A stretch of DNA of 64,000 bases from Candidatus Bathyarchaeota archaeon (lineage in GTDB: Archaea; Thermoproteota; Bathyarchaeia; Bathyarchaeales; DTEX01). Positions 9,007 to 17,244 of the stretch are shown here, piece by piece. The notes under the pieces were generated by a model. It ran no database searches and was not told the DNA's origin. It saw nothing but the letters and a program-made list of their open reading frames with translations. The stretch spans positions 132-64,131 of the forward strand of contig JAGTQB010000008.1 in the NCBI GenBank assembly GCA_018396995.1, written 5' to 3'. A program made the translations under genes and the position numbers. Position 1 is the stretch's first letter. Every line of letters starts with the position of its first letter.

Positions 9007-9888
9007 ATGGAGAAAATAGGCATATTAACCAGGAATGAAAACTCTTGGTGCACGGCGCAGCTGAGGAACGCCATTGTTAGACGTGGCTTCCAGCCAATAT
9101 GCTTTAGCTTCCAGAGCATAGTTGCTAGGGTGGGCTTTAAGCCTGAAACATCCCTCGGAGACATCGACATTATAAGGGAGCTAAAAGCGATAATTGTCCG
9201 ACCAATTGGACGCGGCTCCCTAGAAGAAATAATCTTTAGAATGGATTTATTACATAAGTTAAGGAGACTGGGCGTTTACATAATTAACCCACCTCATGCA
9301 ATTGAACGATCAGTAGATAAATATTATACTCTAACCCTTCTTGAGGAAGCTGGCTTGCCAGTGCCAAGAACAGTTGTCACGGAGAGCGCTAGGGAGGCGC
9401 TTAAAGCCTTCTATGAGCTCGGCGGAGACGTTGTCATAAAGCCCATATTTGGCTCACGTGGAATAGGCTCAACGAGGGTTTCTGACCCAGATGTCGCTGA
9501 GAGAATATTTAGGGCATTGGAGTTCCACCACCAAGTCATATACGTGCAGGAGTATATACCCCATGGAAATTACGACTTAAGGCTTTTTGTATTGGGTGGC
9601 AGGGTTATAGCGGCCATGCGTAGGGTTGCAAGCTCGTGGAAGACCAATGTCAGCTTGGGGGCTACTCCAGTCCCCTATAAGCCCACTAAGGAGATTGAGG
9701 ATTTAGCCATAAGAGCTTCGGAGACCATCGGCTGTGAGGTTAGTGGCGTGGACATACTTGAAAGTGATAGGGGACCATTTATAGTTGAGCTTAATAGCCA
9801 GCCTGGTTGGAGGGGGCTTCAGAGCGTAACGGACATTAATATAGCGGAGGGGATTGTTGATTACGTTATCAGGAGGATAGCAGGTTAA
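9007..9888 (+). CDS. RimK-family ATP-grasp alpha-L-glutamate ligase (CofF/MptN-like)
   Basis: ATP-grasp motifs (VVIKPIFGSRGIGSTRV, YVQEYI, ELNSQPGW). The ATG at 9007 has a GAGGG Shine-Dalgarno upstream; the track ORF starts at GTG 8995. The neighbourhood includes cofE. Confidence 0.7.
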   Translation: MEKIGILTRNENSWCTAQLRNAIVRRGFQPICFSFQSIVARVGFKPETSLGDIDIIRELKAIIVRPIGRGSLEEIIFRMDLLHKLRRLGVYIINPPHAIERSVDKYYTLTLLEEAGLPVPRTVVTESAREALKAFYELGGDVVIKPIFGSRGIGSTRVSDPDVAERIFRALEFHHQVIYVQEYIPHGNYDLRLFVLGGRVIAAMRRVASSWKTNVSLGATPVPYKPTKEIEDLAIRASETIGCEVSGVDILESDRGPFIVELNSQPGWRGLQSVTDINIAEGIVDYVIRRIAG

Positions 9889-9896
9889 GAGGAGAG

Positions 9897-10529
9897 ATGT
9901 TGGATAGAACTGCGATTATACTTGCTGGAGACAGTCCAGAAACATTTGGAAGCAATAAGGGTCTCATCCAGCTGGCTAAAAAGCCAATGATAACACATAT
10001 TATAGGTAGAATCCAAAACTTTGTCAATGAAATTATAATCTGCTTAAAAGATGATTCTCAAATGCACTCATATTCCCAAGTTATCCCTAAGGAGACCAGG
10101 TTAGTGGTTGATGAGAGGGAGTTTCCTGAGTGCCCACTTAGGGGGGCATATACGGGATTACTAAATGCTGAGAGCGATTACTCAGTTATTTTACCATGTG
10201 ATACACCATTCGTCTCCGGGAGAGTCATAGACTTACTTTTTGATGCCGCTGTTGGGGTTAAGGCCGCTGTACCCCGGTGGCCCGATGACAATATAGAACC
10301 TCTACAGGCAGTCTATAAAACAAGGGATGCAACAGACGCCGCCAGGAGAGCCCTCGAAGGAAGCTGTTATAGTATGCGGGCTATGATATCTCTTCTAAAG
10401 AGCGTCCGTTATATATCAACATTAGTTATAAAGGAAATAGACCCAAAAATGTACACATTCATGAACATTAACACGCCATTGGATTTAAGGAGGGCTGAGA
10501 CACTTATTAAGAGAAATCTCCTAACCTAA
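9897..10529 (+). CDS. mobA: MobA-like nucleotidyltransferase (molybdenum cofactor guanylyltransferase family)
   Basis: AIILAGDS..GSNKGLIQLAKKPMI N-terminus and LPCDTPF motif, as in MobA-like NTP transferases. 210 aa. Confidence 0.6.
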   Translation: MLDRTAIILAGDSPETFGSNKGLIQLAKKPMITHIIGRIQNFVNEIIICLKDDSQMHSYSQVIPKETRLVVDEREFPECPLRGAYTGLLNAESDYSVILPCDTPFVSGRVIDLLFDAAVGVKAAVPRWPDDNIEPLQAVYKTRDATDAARRALEGSCYSMRAMISLLKSVRYISTLVIKEIDPKMYTFMNINTPLDLRRAETLIKRNLLT

Positions 10530-10533
10530 GCTG

Positions 10534-11337
10534 CTATACAAAGAGGTCTTTTTCCTTGGGCATAATGAGCTCCTTTGCCGTCGCATCCTCGCTTCGCTCA
10601 TATTGATATCCCCTAATTATTGCCGCCGGTATTCCCTCATCCGCCTGACCTATAACTAACTCAGCTGCAGAGGATAGCTCATCTGCAACTGCAGTCCTCT
10701 TAACCCTAAGAACATATCCGAAAAGGTCCCTCTCACCCCTCCTATCTCTGATCGGCTTTATCCCAGCCACACCAATGGCAACATTTATCTCACCTTCCCG
10801 CAGGGGCCTACCATGAGTATCAGAGATTATTACGGCGACATTCTTACCAGTTATTTCCTTAATCCTCTGCCTTATCCTACGAGCCGATAGATCTGGATCC
10901 TTAGGCAGAAGCGCCACATTTCTCTCTCCAGGAACATTTGATTTATCCACACCAGCGTTAGCGCATATGAAGCCGTGTTTCGTCTCAGCTATTAAGTGGC
11001 CGCCGCCCATACGCACAATAGACTTAGACTCCCTTAAGATAACCTCTACAAGGGCCGGGTCCTTCCCAAGGTTTTCCGCTATAGTTTTAGCGAACTCTGA
11101 TGGAGATATCCCATTCAGGTTCACTACGTTTCCCTCAGCCCTAGAGACAACAACATGTGTCACAACGATTACATCGCCATCCTCAATGGGTGTGCCCTGC
11201 CTAGCAGCAGCCTCACATATGAGGAGACCGAGGTCATCCCCCTCCCTAATTATCGGAATGCCGGTTATAGGTATAATTCTAATTACCTGCACCCCCAACC
11301 ACCCGTAAACATAAGCACTGAAACGCTTTTTCGCCAC
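10534..11337 (-). CDS. cofE: coenzyme F420-0:L-glutamate ligase
   Basis: GIPIIREGDDL, GDVIVVTHVVVSRAEG and ANAGVDKSNV motifs characteristic of CofE/FbiB-N. An alternative GTG start at 11292 follows a GGGTGGT Shine-Dalgarno. Confidence 0.85.
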   Translation of the reverse strand: MAKKRFSAYVYGWLGVQVIRIIPITGIPIIREGDDLGLLICEAAARQGTPIEDGDVIVVTHVVVSRAEGNVVNLNGISPSEFAKTIAENLGKDPALVEVILRESKSIVRMGGGHLIAETKHGFICANAGVDKSNVPGERNVALLPKDPDLSARRIRQRIKEITGKNVAVIISDTHGRPLREGEINVAIGVAGIKPIRDRRGERDLFGYVLRVKRTAVADELSSAAELVIGQADEGIPAAIIRGYQYERSEDATAKELIMPKEKDLFV

Positions 11338-11391
11338 TTATTAATATGAAAAATATTAAATCTTTATCTCTGAGAAATCTTTTTAGTTAAA

Positions 11392-12417
11392 ATGGTTCAG
11401 AGGGAAGTTTATATGCCATGTATGGTTGTTGTTTGCGGCTTCTTTGGGGATACTGGTAAAGGAAAGATAATTTCATATCTAGCTTTAAAAGATAAAATTA
11501 GCGTAGCCGCAAGAGCTGGTGTTGGACCAAATGCCGGTCACACAGTAGTCTATGGAGATAAAACGTTTAGAGTTCGCATGATCCCAAGCACCTTCATTTA
11601 TGAGAAGTGCCGCCTATTGATAGGCCCAGGGGTCCTTGTGGATCCAAACGTCTTCCTAAACGAAGTTAGGCTCCTTAATGTTGAGAATAGGGTTGGGCTT
11701 GACCCCCAGTGCGCCATCATCGAACCAAGGCATATAGAGGCGGATAGATCCGGGCACCTAGCATCGGAGATAGGGACAACTGGAAGTGGGACTGGGCCCT
11801 GTAATTCGGATAGGGTTTTGAGAAGGGCGAAGCTGGCAAGAGATGTTCCAGAGCTACAGAGGTTTCTAACCGATGTACCATTGGAGGTTAACATGGCCAT
11901 TGACAGTGGCGAGAATGTTTTGATTGAGGGGACGCAGGGAACATTCCTATCCCTCTGGCATGGAACATATCCATACGTAACCTCTAAGGATGTTACGGCT
12001 TCAGCTGCATGCTCAGATGTCGGTGTTGGTCCTAAAAAGGTTGATGAGGTTATAATAGTTTTTAAGGCGTATGTCACTAGAGTTGGCTCAGGACCGCTTC
12101 CAGGGGAGATATCTTGGGAGGAGGCTGAGAGGAGGGGCTGGGCTGAAATAGCTACAGTGACTGGTAGGAGGAGGAGAGCTGCTCCATTTAATTTTGATTT
12201 GGCTAAGAGAGCCGTTATGCTTAACAGCGCGACCCAGGCGGCAATAACTAAGATCGATGTTCTCTTCCCGGAATGCAAGAGTGCAAGATCGTTCAGCGAC
12301 CTCTCCCTTGAGGCAAAAGAGTTTATTAGGAAGGTTGAGAGCGAAATAAAGATACCTGTCACGCTCATTGGAACCGGACCTGATGTCTTAGATGTTGTTG
12401 ATAGGAGATTCGAGTAG
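11392..12417 (+). CDS. purA: adenylosuccinate synthetase (short archaeal type)
   Basis: GDTGKGKI P-loop (GDEGKGK equivalent), GPNAGH, GTTGSGTGP and TGRRRR motifs. Confidence 0.9.
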   Translation: MVQREVYMPCMVVVCGFFGDTGKGKIISYLALKDKISVAARAGVGPNAGHTVVYGDKTFRVRMIPSTFIYEKCRLLIGPGVLVDPNVFLNEVRLLNVENRVGLDPQCAIIEPRHIEADRSGHLASEIGTTGSGTGPCNSDRVLRRAKLARDVPELQRFLTDVPLEVNMAIDSGENVLIEGTQGTFLSLWHGTYPYVTSKDVTASAACSDVGVGPKKVDEVIIVFKAYVTRVGSGPLPGEISWEEAERRGWAEIATVTGRRRRAAPFNFDLAKRAVMLNSATQAAITKIDVLFPECKSARSFSDLSLEAKEFIRKVESEIKIPVTLIGTGPDVLDVVDRRFE

Positions 12418-12508
12418 CTTCGGTTCAAAAAGTTTTTAAATGACCTCTTAATAGCATTTCTCAAGTAATATTTACTTATGGTGGAGTTTTGCGGGGGAGT
12501 GGGATAAA

Positions 12509-13120
12509 ACGTTTAACCTAGTAACTATTGAGGACACTATCCGCATACCGCCAAACAGGTTTAATGAACCCCTTGAGAAGGTTGCGCTAGAGCAACTTAA
12601 AATGAAGTATGTTGGGGTAATGGATGAGGAGCTAGGATACTTAATAGCTGTTACGGATGTTAAGGTCTCACCGATTGGAAAAATAATACCCGGGGATGCT
12701 GCAACCCACCATAAAGTTACATTTTCTCTACTAACTTTCCTACCTAAGGTTCAGGAGGTTGTTGAGGGGGAGGTTGTTGAGGTTGCGGACTTTGGGGCAT
12801 TTATTCGCATCGGCCCAGTTGATGCACTCCTACATATATCTCAGATAATGGATGACTTTATAGTATATGATGAGAAACAAGGGGTTTTGATGGGAAAGGA
12901 TACTAAGAGGAAGATTACCATTGGAGATAAGATGCGTGTTAGAATAACAGCTGTTTCACTTAGTAAGGGCTCCGGGCTTGGAAAAATTGGGGTGACAGCT
13001 CGGCAGCCATTTCTTGGAAAGATTGAGTGGATTGAGGAGGATCTGAAGAAGGCTAGGGGTGAATTAGAGGTTAAAGAGGCTCAGGAGGCAAAGGAGACTA
13101 AGGCTAAAAAGAGAGAGTGA
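12509..13120 (+). CDS. rpoE: DNA-directed RNA polymerase subunit E'/Rpo7. The N-terminus is encoded upstream of the first canonical start codon.
   Basis: The track ORF starts at ATG 12602, but the frame upstream reads (T)FNLVTIEDTIRIPPNRFNEPLEKVALEQLK, which is the conserved Rpo7 N-terminus. The S1 domain follows (GEVVEVADFGAFIRIGPVDALLHISQ). The codon aligned with Met1 of homologs is ACG 12509-12511, preceded by GGAGTGGGAT. Confidence 0.8.
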   Translation, partial: TFNLVTIEDTIRIPPNRFNEPLEKVALEQLKMKYVGVMDEELGYLIAVTDVKVSPIGKIIPGDAATHHKVTFSLLTFLPKVQEVVEGEVVEVADFGAFIRIGPVDALLHISQIMDDFIVYDEKQGVLMGKDTKRKITIGDKMRVRITAVSLSKGSGLGKIGVTARQPFLGKIEWIEEDLKKARGELEVKEAQEAKETKAKKRE

Positions 13121-13130
13121 GAGGCTCACT

Positions 13131-13316
13131 ATGGTTGAGAGAGCTTGTAGAAGGTGCCATTATATAACTGAGGAGAAGATTTGCCCAAACTGTAAATCAA
13201 CAGATTTAAGCGAGGACTTTAGTGGCGTTATCTTCATATTTGATCCCGAGAATTCCGTTATAGCGAAGATTCTGAAGATAGAGAAAAAAGGCCAGTACGC
13301 CATTAAAGTGAGGTAA
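13131..13316 (+). CDS. spt4: transcription elongation factor Spt4 (RpoE'')
   Basis: 61 aa with zinc ribbon CRRC...CPNC. Conserved position directly after rpo7. Confidence 0.9.
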   Translation: MVERACRRCHYITEEKICPNCKSTDLSEDFSGVIFIFDPENSVIAKILKIEKKGQYAIKVR

Positions 13317-13877
13317 ATGGGGACTTATGTGCTCACTCCAGAACTTAGGGATGAGTTAAAGAAACCCCTCGGACTGCTTATTAGAGGAAAAGTTGGGGAG
13401 GTTGAGGAAGTAATCAACAAAATTATCGAGGATACTAAGCCAACTAAGATTATAACTGTGGGTGATGTTATCTCTAAGAGTCTCCTTAAAAGGGGTTTAA
13501 GGGTAGATGTCCTCATAATAGATAACAAGTCCATGCGGAGACCAATTGAGCCAATAAACTACGGGATTGGTAAAATCCTACATCTATCTAACCCCGCTGG
13601 AACAATTAATGGTGAATCCTGGCATGTTATACGTGAGGCAGTGAACTCCAATGGGTCAGTCCAGGTTCTCGTTGATGGCGAGGAGGATCTCTTAGCTATC
13701 GTCGCCGTCCTCCTCGCTCCAGAGAATTCCTTGGTTATGTATGGGCAGCCGGGTGAGGGAGTGGTAATAATAAATGTTAATAGGGAGTCTAAAGAAAAGA
13801 TGCATAAAATTATAAATAGAATGGAATATAAGCGGGATATGCCTGAAAAAGGTAATCTTAGTTCCAGTGGGGGATGA
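13317..13877 (+). CDS. DUF359 protein, GTP-dependent dephospho-CoA kinase family
   Basis: VGDVIS and VDGEEDLLA motifs of DUF359. Conserved archaeal synteny spt4-DUF359-rps24e. Confidence 0.75.
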   Translation: MGTYVLTPELRDELKKPLGLLIRGKVGEVEEVINKIIEDTKPTKIITVGDVISKSLLKRGLRVDVLIIDNKSMRRPIEPINYGIGKILHLSNPAGTINGESWHVIREAVNSNGSVQVLVDGEEDLLAIVAVLLAPENSLVMYGQPGEGVVIINVNRESKEKMHKIINRMEYKRDMPEKGNLSSSGG

Positions 13878-13880
13878 GGG

Positions 13881-14183
13881 ATGAAGTTTGAGGTTAAGAT
13901 AATGGACACCAAACGTAACGACTTACTCAGGAGGAACGAGGTCTTCTTCATTGTCTCACATAATGGGCCAACGCCATCACGCATAGAGATCAGGGAGAAA
14001 TTAGCCAATCTACTTCGCATTGATGTCGATAGGGTTTACATAGTGAGGATGAAAACTATGACTGGAGCAAGGAACACTAAGGGTGAAGCGCACATCTACG
14101 ACTCGCCGGAGCAGGCTAAGGCGATTGAGCCAAAACATATAATAGCCAGAAATACACCTCAAAAGGAGGAGGGTGAAAAGTAA
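13881..14183 (+). CDS. rps24e: 30S ribosomal protein S24e
   Basis: 100 aa. NDLLRRNEVFF...PSRIEIREKLA pattern and conserved synteny. Confidence 0.9.
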   Translation: MKFEVKIMDTKRNDLLRRNEVFFIVSHNGPTPSRIEIREKLANLLRIDVDRVYIVRMKTMTGARNTKGEAHIYDSPEQAKAIEPKHIIARNTPQKEEGEK

Positions 14184-14402
14184 ATGCCAAAGAGGAGTGA
14201 AGGAGGGGAAAGAAGGCTCATCTCCTCATACTATAGGATTGAGAATGGAAAACTTAAGAGGCTCCTTCCCTTCTGTGATAGATGCGGCCCAGGGTACTTT
14301 ATGGCGGATCATGGAGACCGCTACACATGTGGCCACTGCGGTTTCACAAAATATAAGGCGGCGCCACGAGAAGCTATTAGGGGAGAGAGGGCAGAGGAGT
14401 AA
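14184..14402 (+). CDS. rps27ae: 30S ribosomal protein S27ae
   Basis: 72 aa. Zinc ribbon CDRCGPGYFMADHGDRYTCGHCG. Confidence 0.9.
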   Translation: MPKRSEGGERRLISSYYRIENGKLKRLLPFCDRCGPGYFMADHGDRYTCGHCGFTKYKAAPREAIRGERAEE

Positions 14403-14435
14403 GATTCTAAACAAATTTTTAGGAGTGTATAAAGT

Positions 14436-14966
14436 ATGCTCCTAAATGCAAAAAGGGTCGGGGTCATCGCCGACACACATGACAGAATTCAGGTAATAGA
14501 CCTAGTTGTCAAGAGGTTTAATGATGAAAACGTTGATTTAGTGCTCCATGCGGGTGATTATGTTGCACCATTTGCAGTTCTACGCTTTAAGCCCTTAAAA
14601 GCCAAGCTTATTGGAGTTTTCGGAAATAATGATGGGGACCATGACCTTTTGAGGAGGAGGTTTGAGGAGATCAGCGCGCAGATATGTGGTAGGTTTGCTG
14701 AGCTGAATGTCGGCGGGCTGAGAGTGGCGTTAATTCACGGGGAGGATGAAACACTGCTTAAGGCTTTAACAAACTCAGGCTATTATGACGTCGTCGTCCA
14801 CGGTCATACCCACAGAGCAGAAATCTATAATGTTGGTAGGACCCTCGTTATAAATCCCGGGGAGGCATGTGGCTACTTAACCGGGAGGGCGACAATAGCT
14901 ATATTAGATGTTGAAAAGAAGGGTGCCGAGATACTTGAGCTCAGCATACCAGGACACCTTATATAG
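14436..14966 (+). CDS. MJ0936/YfcE-family metallophosphoesterase
   Basis: ADTHD, HAGD, GNNDGD and HGHTH calcineurin-like motifs. 176 aa. Confidence 0.85.
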   Translation: MLLNAKRVGVIADTHDRIQVIDLVVKRFNDENVDLVLHAGDYVAPFAVLRFKPLKAKLIGVFGNNDGDHDLLRRRFEEISAQICGRFAELNVGGLRVALIHGEDETLLKALTNSGYYDVVVHGHTHRAEIYNVGRTLVINPGEACGYLTGRATIAILDVEKKGAEILELSIPGHLI

Positions 14967-14992
14967 ATATAAGATTTCCTCCAACTCTACTG

Positions 14993-15709
14993 CTAAGAAC
15001 ACTGCTTATTAGAATCTACTTCACCCTTAATCAACTTTATTCCAGCTTTAAGCCCCTCCCAGCCGCCTTTAGCCTTAAGAGATATGATCTTCATCGCTGT
15101 CTTAGAGTCCATTCTCTCCCATGTCTCTCCAACAGCTTCCCTAACTAGATACTTCGCCGCGTTTAGTATCTCCCCATTAAACTTTGAGTCAGCCTCGTCC
15201 GCTATATGACATATTAAAGCTTCAATCGTCTTGGGAGATATTGGGCTCCCCTGACCGTGGCTTGAGGCGACTATGTGAACTAAGTCTAATGGAAAGCCCC
15301 TCTTTATAAGCTCCGAGACAACTAATGTTAGGTGATCTAAACGCTCCCCAAGCTGCGAGAAGATGTAGGCTCCATCGCTCCTCACATCATAGGTTAATGG
15401 CTTAAATATATCGTGCAGTATTACCCCGCATATGACATAGTCTCTGTTGACTTCTCCCCCATATATATTCTCAACTGAATCACATAGCGCTAGGGCAATA
15501 TTAAGCATTGATAAAATATGGTCGATGAGGCCTCCCGGATAACTATGGTGATAGAGTCTGCTAGCAGGAGACTTTGTGAGCGGTAAGCCCGCAAAATCCC
15601 TCTCCTCAAGCTTAACCGAGAGGTTACTGAGCAGGTCTAGCATCTTCTTTCTAAGCGACTCATCTCTAATTTTACCTATAGCCTCCATTAACCTGGGATC
15701 AACATCCAT
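14993..15709 (-). CDS. HD-domain metal-dependent phosphohydrolase
   Basis: HHSYPGGLIDH and ILHDIFK (the HD dyad). Confidence 0.7.
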   Translation of the reverse strand: MDVDPRLMEAIGKIRDESLRKKMLDLLSNLSVKLEERDFAGLPLTKSPASRLYHHSYPGGLIDHILSMLNIALALCDSVENIYGGEVNRDYVICGVILHDIFKPLTYDVRSDGAYIFSQLGERLDHLTLVVSELIKRGFPLDLVHIVASSHGQGSPISPKTIEALICHIADEADSKFNGEILNAAKYLVREAVGETWERMDSKTAMKIISLKAKGGWEGLKAGIKLIKGEVDSNKQCS

Positions 15710-15729
15710 CCAAGAGCCCCCAACAAACC

Positions 15730-16416
15730 TTAAGGAGAATTTATGTGTGGCACAAATTCCTTCTTTATTCTCTCAGCAGATATATGAGATAAACGTAGCG
15801 GCTCAGGGATCCTATACCCCCTTGTGCAAGCTAACACTATTTTTATTGCGGTCTCTAGGGAGACCATATGGCCAATGCTAACATAGATTGGTTTAGTCCC
15901 ATGCTTAGTGTAAACGGCTCCACCCACCACCTCACCCTCATGCACCACTGGTCTCCAGACGCTAGAATCCCCTAAAACCTCCCCACAGAGAAGTCTCTTA
16001 GCAACACCTATAGTTGGAACATTTAATGTTACACCAAGGTGGCTTGCAAAGCCAAGCCGGTATGGATGGGCTATCCCCTGCCCATCGACTAAGAAGACAT
16101 TCGGCTTAATCTCCAGCTTCTTAATAGCGGCCACGGCTGCTGGCATCTCTCTAAAGGAGAGGAGCGTCGGCACATACGGGAACCTAACCTTGACGAGGGC
16201 AGTTTTAACCTCCACTGGCTCAAGGGTTTCATAGCTCAGCACAGCGACAGCACCAATAGCGTACTCTTCAGCATAGGCTACATCCACCCCAGCAACATAC
16301 TTTATCGGCGCATTTATTCTATCTTCCCTAATAACCATTTTTGAGAGGGCTGTCTGAACTCTCCTAGCCTTCTCCAATGAGAAGCTTATGTTTGGTGGGA
16401 GACTAAACTCAATCAT
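15730..16416 (-). CDS. nfi: endonuclease V
   Basis: VAGVDVAY, LLSFREMPA and VDGQGIAHPYRLGFASHLGV motifs. Confidence 0.9.
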   Translation of the reverse strand: MIEFSLPPNISFSLEKARRVQTALSKMVIREDRINAPIKYVAGVDVAYAEEYAIGAVAVLSYETLEPVEVKTALVKVRFPYVPTLLSFREMPAAVAAIKKLEIKPNVFLVDGQGIAHPYRLGFASHLGVTLNVPTIGVAKRLLCGEVLGDSSVWRPVVHEGEVVGGAVYTKHGTKPIYVSIGHMVSLETAIKIVLACTRGYRIPEPLRLSHISAERIKKEFVPHINSP

Positions 16417-17069
16417 CTTTCAGCATTGCCTCTGATTGATTCAAGGGTTCTCTGAAGATCCTTTATAGCGTTATTCAACATGGCTCTCCTGGCTTCTATT
16501 GTTATATCGCCCCTAGTCGCCTCAATGATCCTCCTCGCTATATCGCATTTCCTCCTAAGTCCGGGTATTAATGCTTGCAGCTCATCGCACCCTATTAACT
16601 CACTATATATTGTCTCCATCAAATTTAGGCATTCCTCAGCCCCTCCAACATCATCCTTCCTTAATAGGTCGAGAGCCCTCCTTCTTAACTCGCCTACAAC
16701 ATCGGCCAGCCCAAGGACATATGATTCCCCTGGAACACCAATCTCTTCAGGACTTTTAAAGCTTCCAGCCCTGATGAGATCAAGGAATATTTTAGCCTCC
16801 GCATACTCTTGGAGCGGTGTCTCTATTAATCCGATGCAGATCTCAGGATAGGATTTTGAAAGCTCTATGAGCTTGCTTATATTCATATTAGCCTCTCCGA
16901 GGAGACTCTCAGCCTCCGTCACCATACCTCTATGAACTAGAAATATTGCCTGCTTAGATAATCTAGTGGTTTTCCTCGCTAAATTTTGTACCTCCTGCCG
17001 TATCTCATCCTTCCTTAACAGGTTTTCCCTTATCTCACACAAAAAATCACTTAAACCCATTATAACCAC
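16413..17069 (-). CDS. translin-family protein (COG2178-like predicted RNA-binding protein)
   Basis: All-helical 218-aa protein with SYVLGLADVVGELRRRALDLL, resembling the translin GLxDxxGELxR motif. Confidence 0.55.
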   Translation of the reverse strand: MVIMGLSDFLCEIRENLLRKDEIRQEVQNLARKTTRLSKQAIFLVHRGMVTEAESLLGEANMNISKLIELSKSYPEICIGLIETPLQEYAEAKIFLDLIRAGSFKSPEEIGVPGESYVLGLADVVGELRRRALDLLRKDDVGGAEECLNLMETIYSELIGCDELQALIPGLRRKCDIARRIIEATRGDITIEARRAMLNNAIKDLQRTLESIRGNAER

Positions 17070-17153
17070 TCTAAACTATACTTAACCCAAATCTCCCCTT
17101 AAATCATTTATTTACACTTTACACTGAACAACATATTTATTCCGAGGTAATTT

Positions 17154-17184
17154 AAAAAGGAAATCAAGAACATGTTTCCTTTTT
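17154..17184 (-). terminator. hairpin plus oligo-T, possible terminator downstream of the M42 peptidase gene
   Basis: AAAAAGGAAA (17154-17163) pairs with TTTCCTTTTT (17175-17184) across an 11-nt loop. T-runs are present on either strand. Confidence 0.3.
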
Positions 17185-17244
17185 TCCTTGTAGCGGAGCT
17201 TAATCTTATCTCACTAATACTAATATTATCTTGGCTTACATCCG

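Noticed and set aside
8874-9170. A 98-aa minus-strand ORF between the DUF72 and ATP-grasp genes.
   Set aside because: It overlaps the 5' end and promoter/Shine-Dalgarno region of the ATP-grasp gene, and it has no family features.
11598-12464. A 288-aa ORF antisense to purA, and similar long antisense ORFs. Examples: 5886-6350 opposite ftsZ, 56886-57440 opposite DUF354, 61750-62343 opposite the Gfo/Idh/MocA gene, and 39954-40328.
   Set aside because: The sense-strand genes carry unambiguous family motifs. The antisense products are Ser/Leu/Pro-rich low-complexity sequences typical of shadow ORFs.
12478-12512. A 5' BHB intron joining the out-of-frame ATG 12478 to TTT 12512 in rpo7.
   Set aside because: The required central helix (CTTA with AAAA) does not pair. 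Only an unrelated 5-bp GTTTT/AAAAC stem is present.
14357-14367. An 11-nt match (GGCGGCGCCAC) to the 3' end of tRNA-Asn inside rps27ae, considered as a possible att-site repeat.
   Set aside because: It lies inside a conserved ribosomal protein coding sequence 36 kb away. It is short and GC-rich, with no flanking mobile genes, so it is most likely chance.
14173-14445. A 90-aa ORF overlapping rps27ae in another frame.
   Set aside because: rps27ae has the conserved zinc ribbon and conserved synteny. The overlapping frame has no recognisable features.
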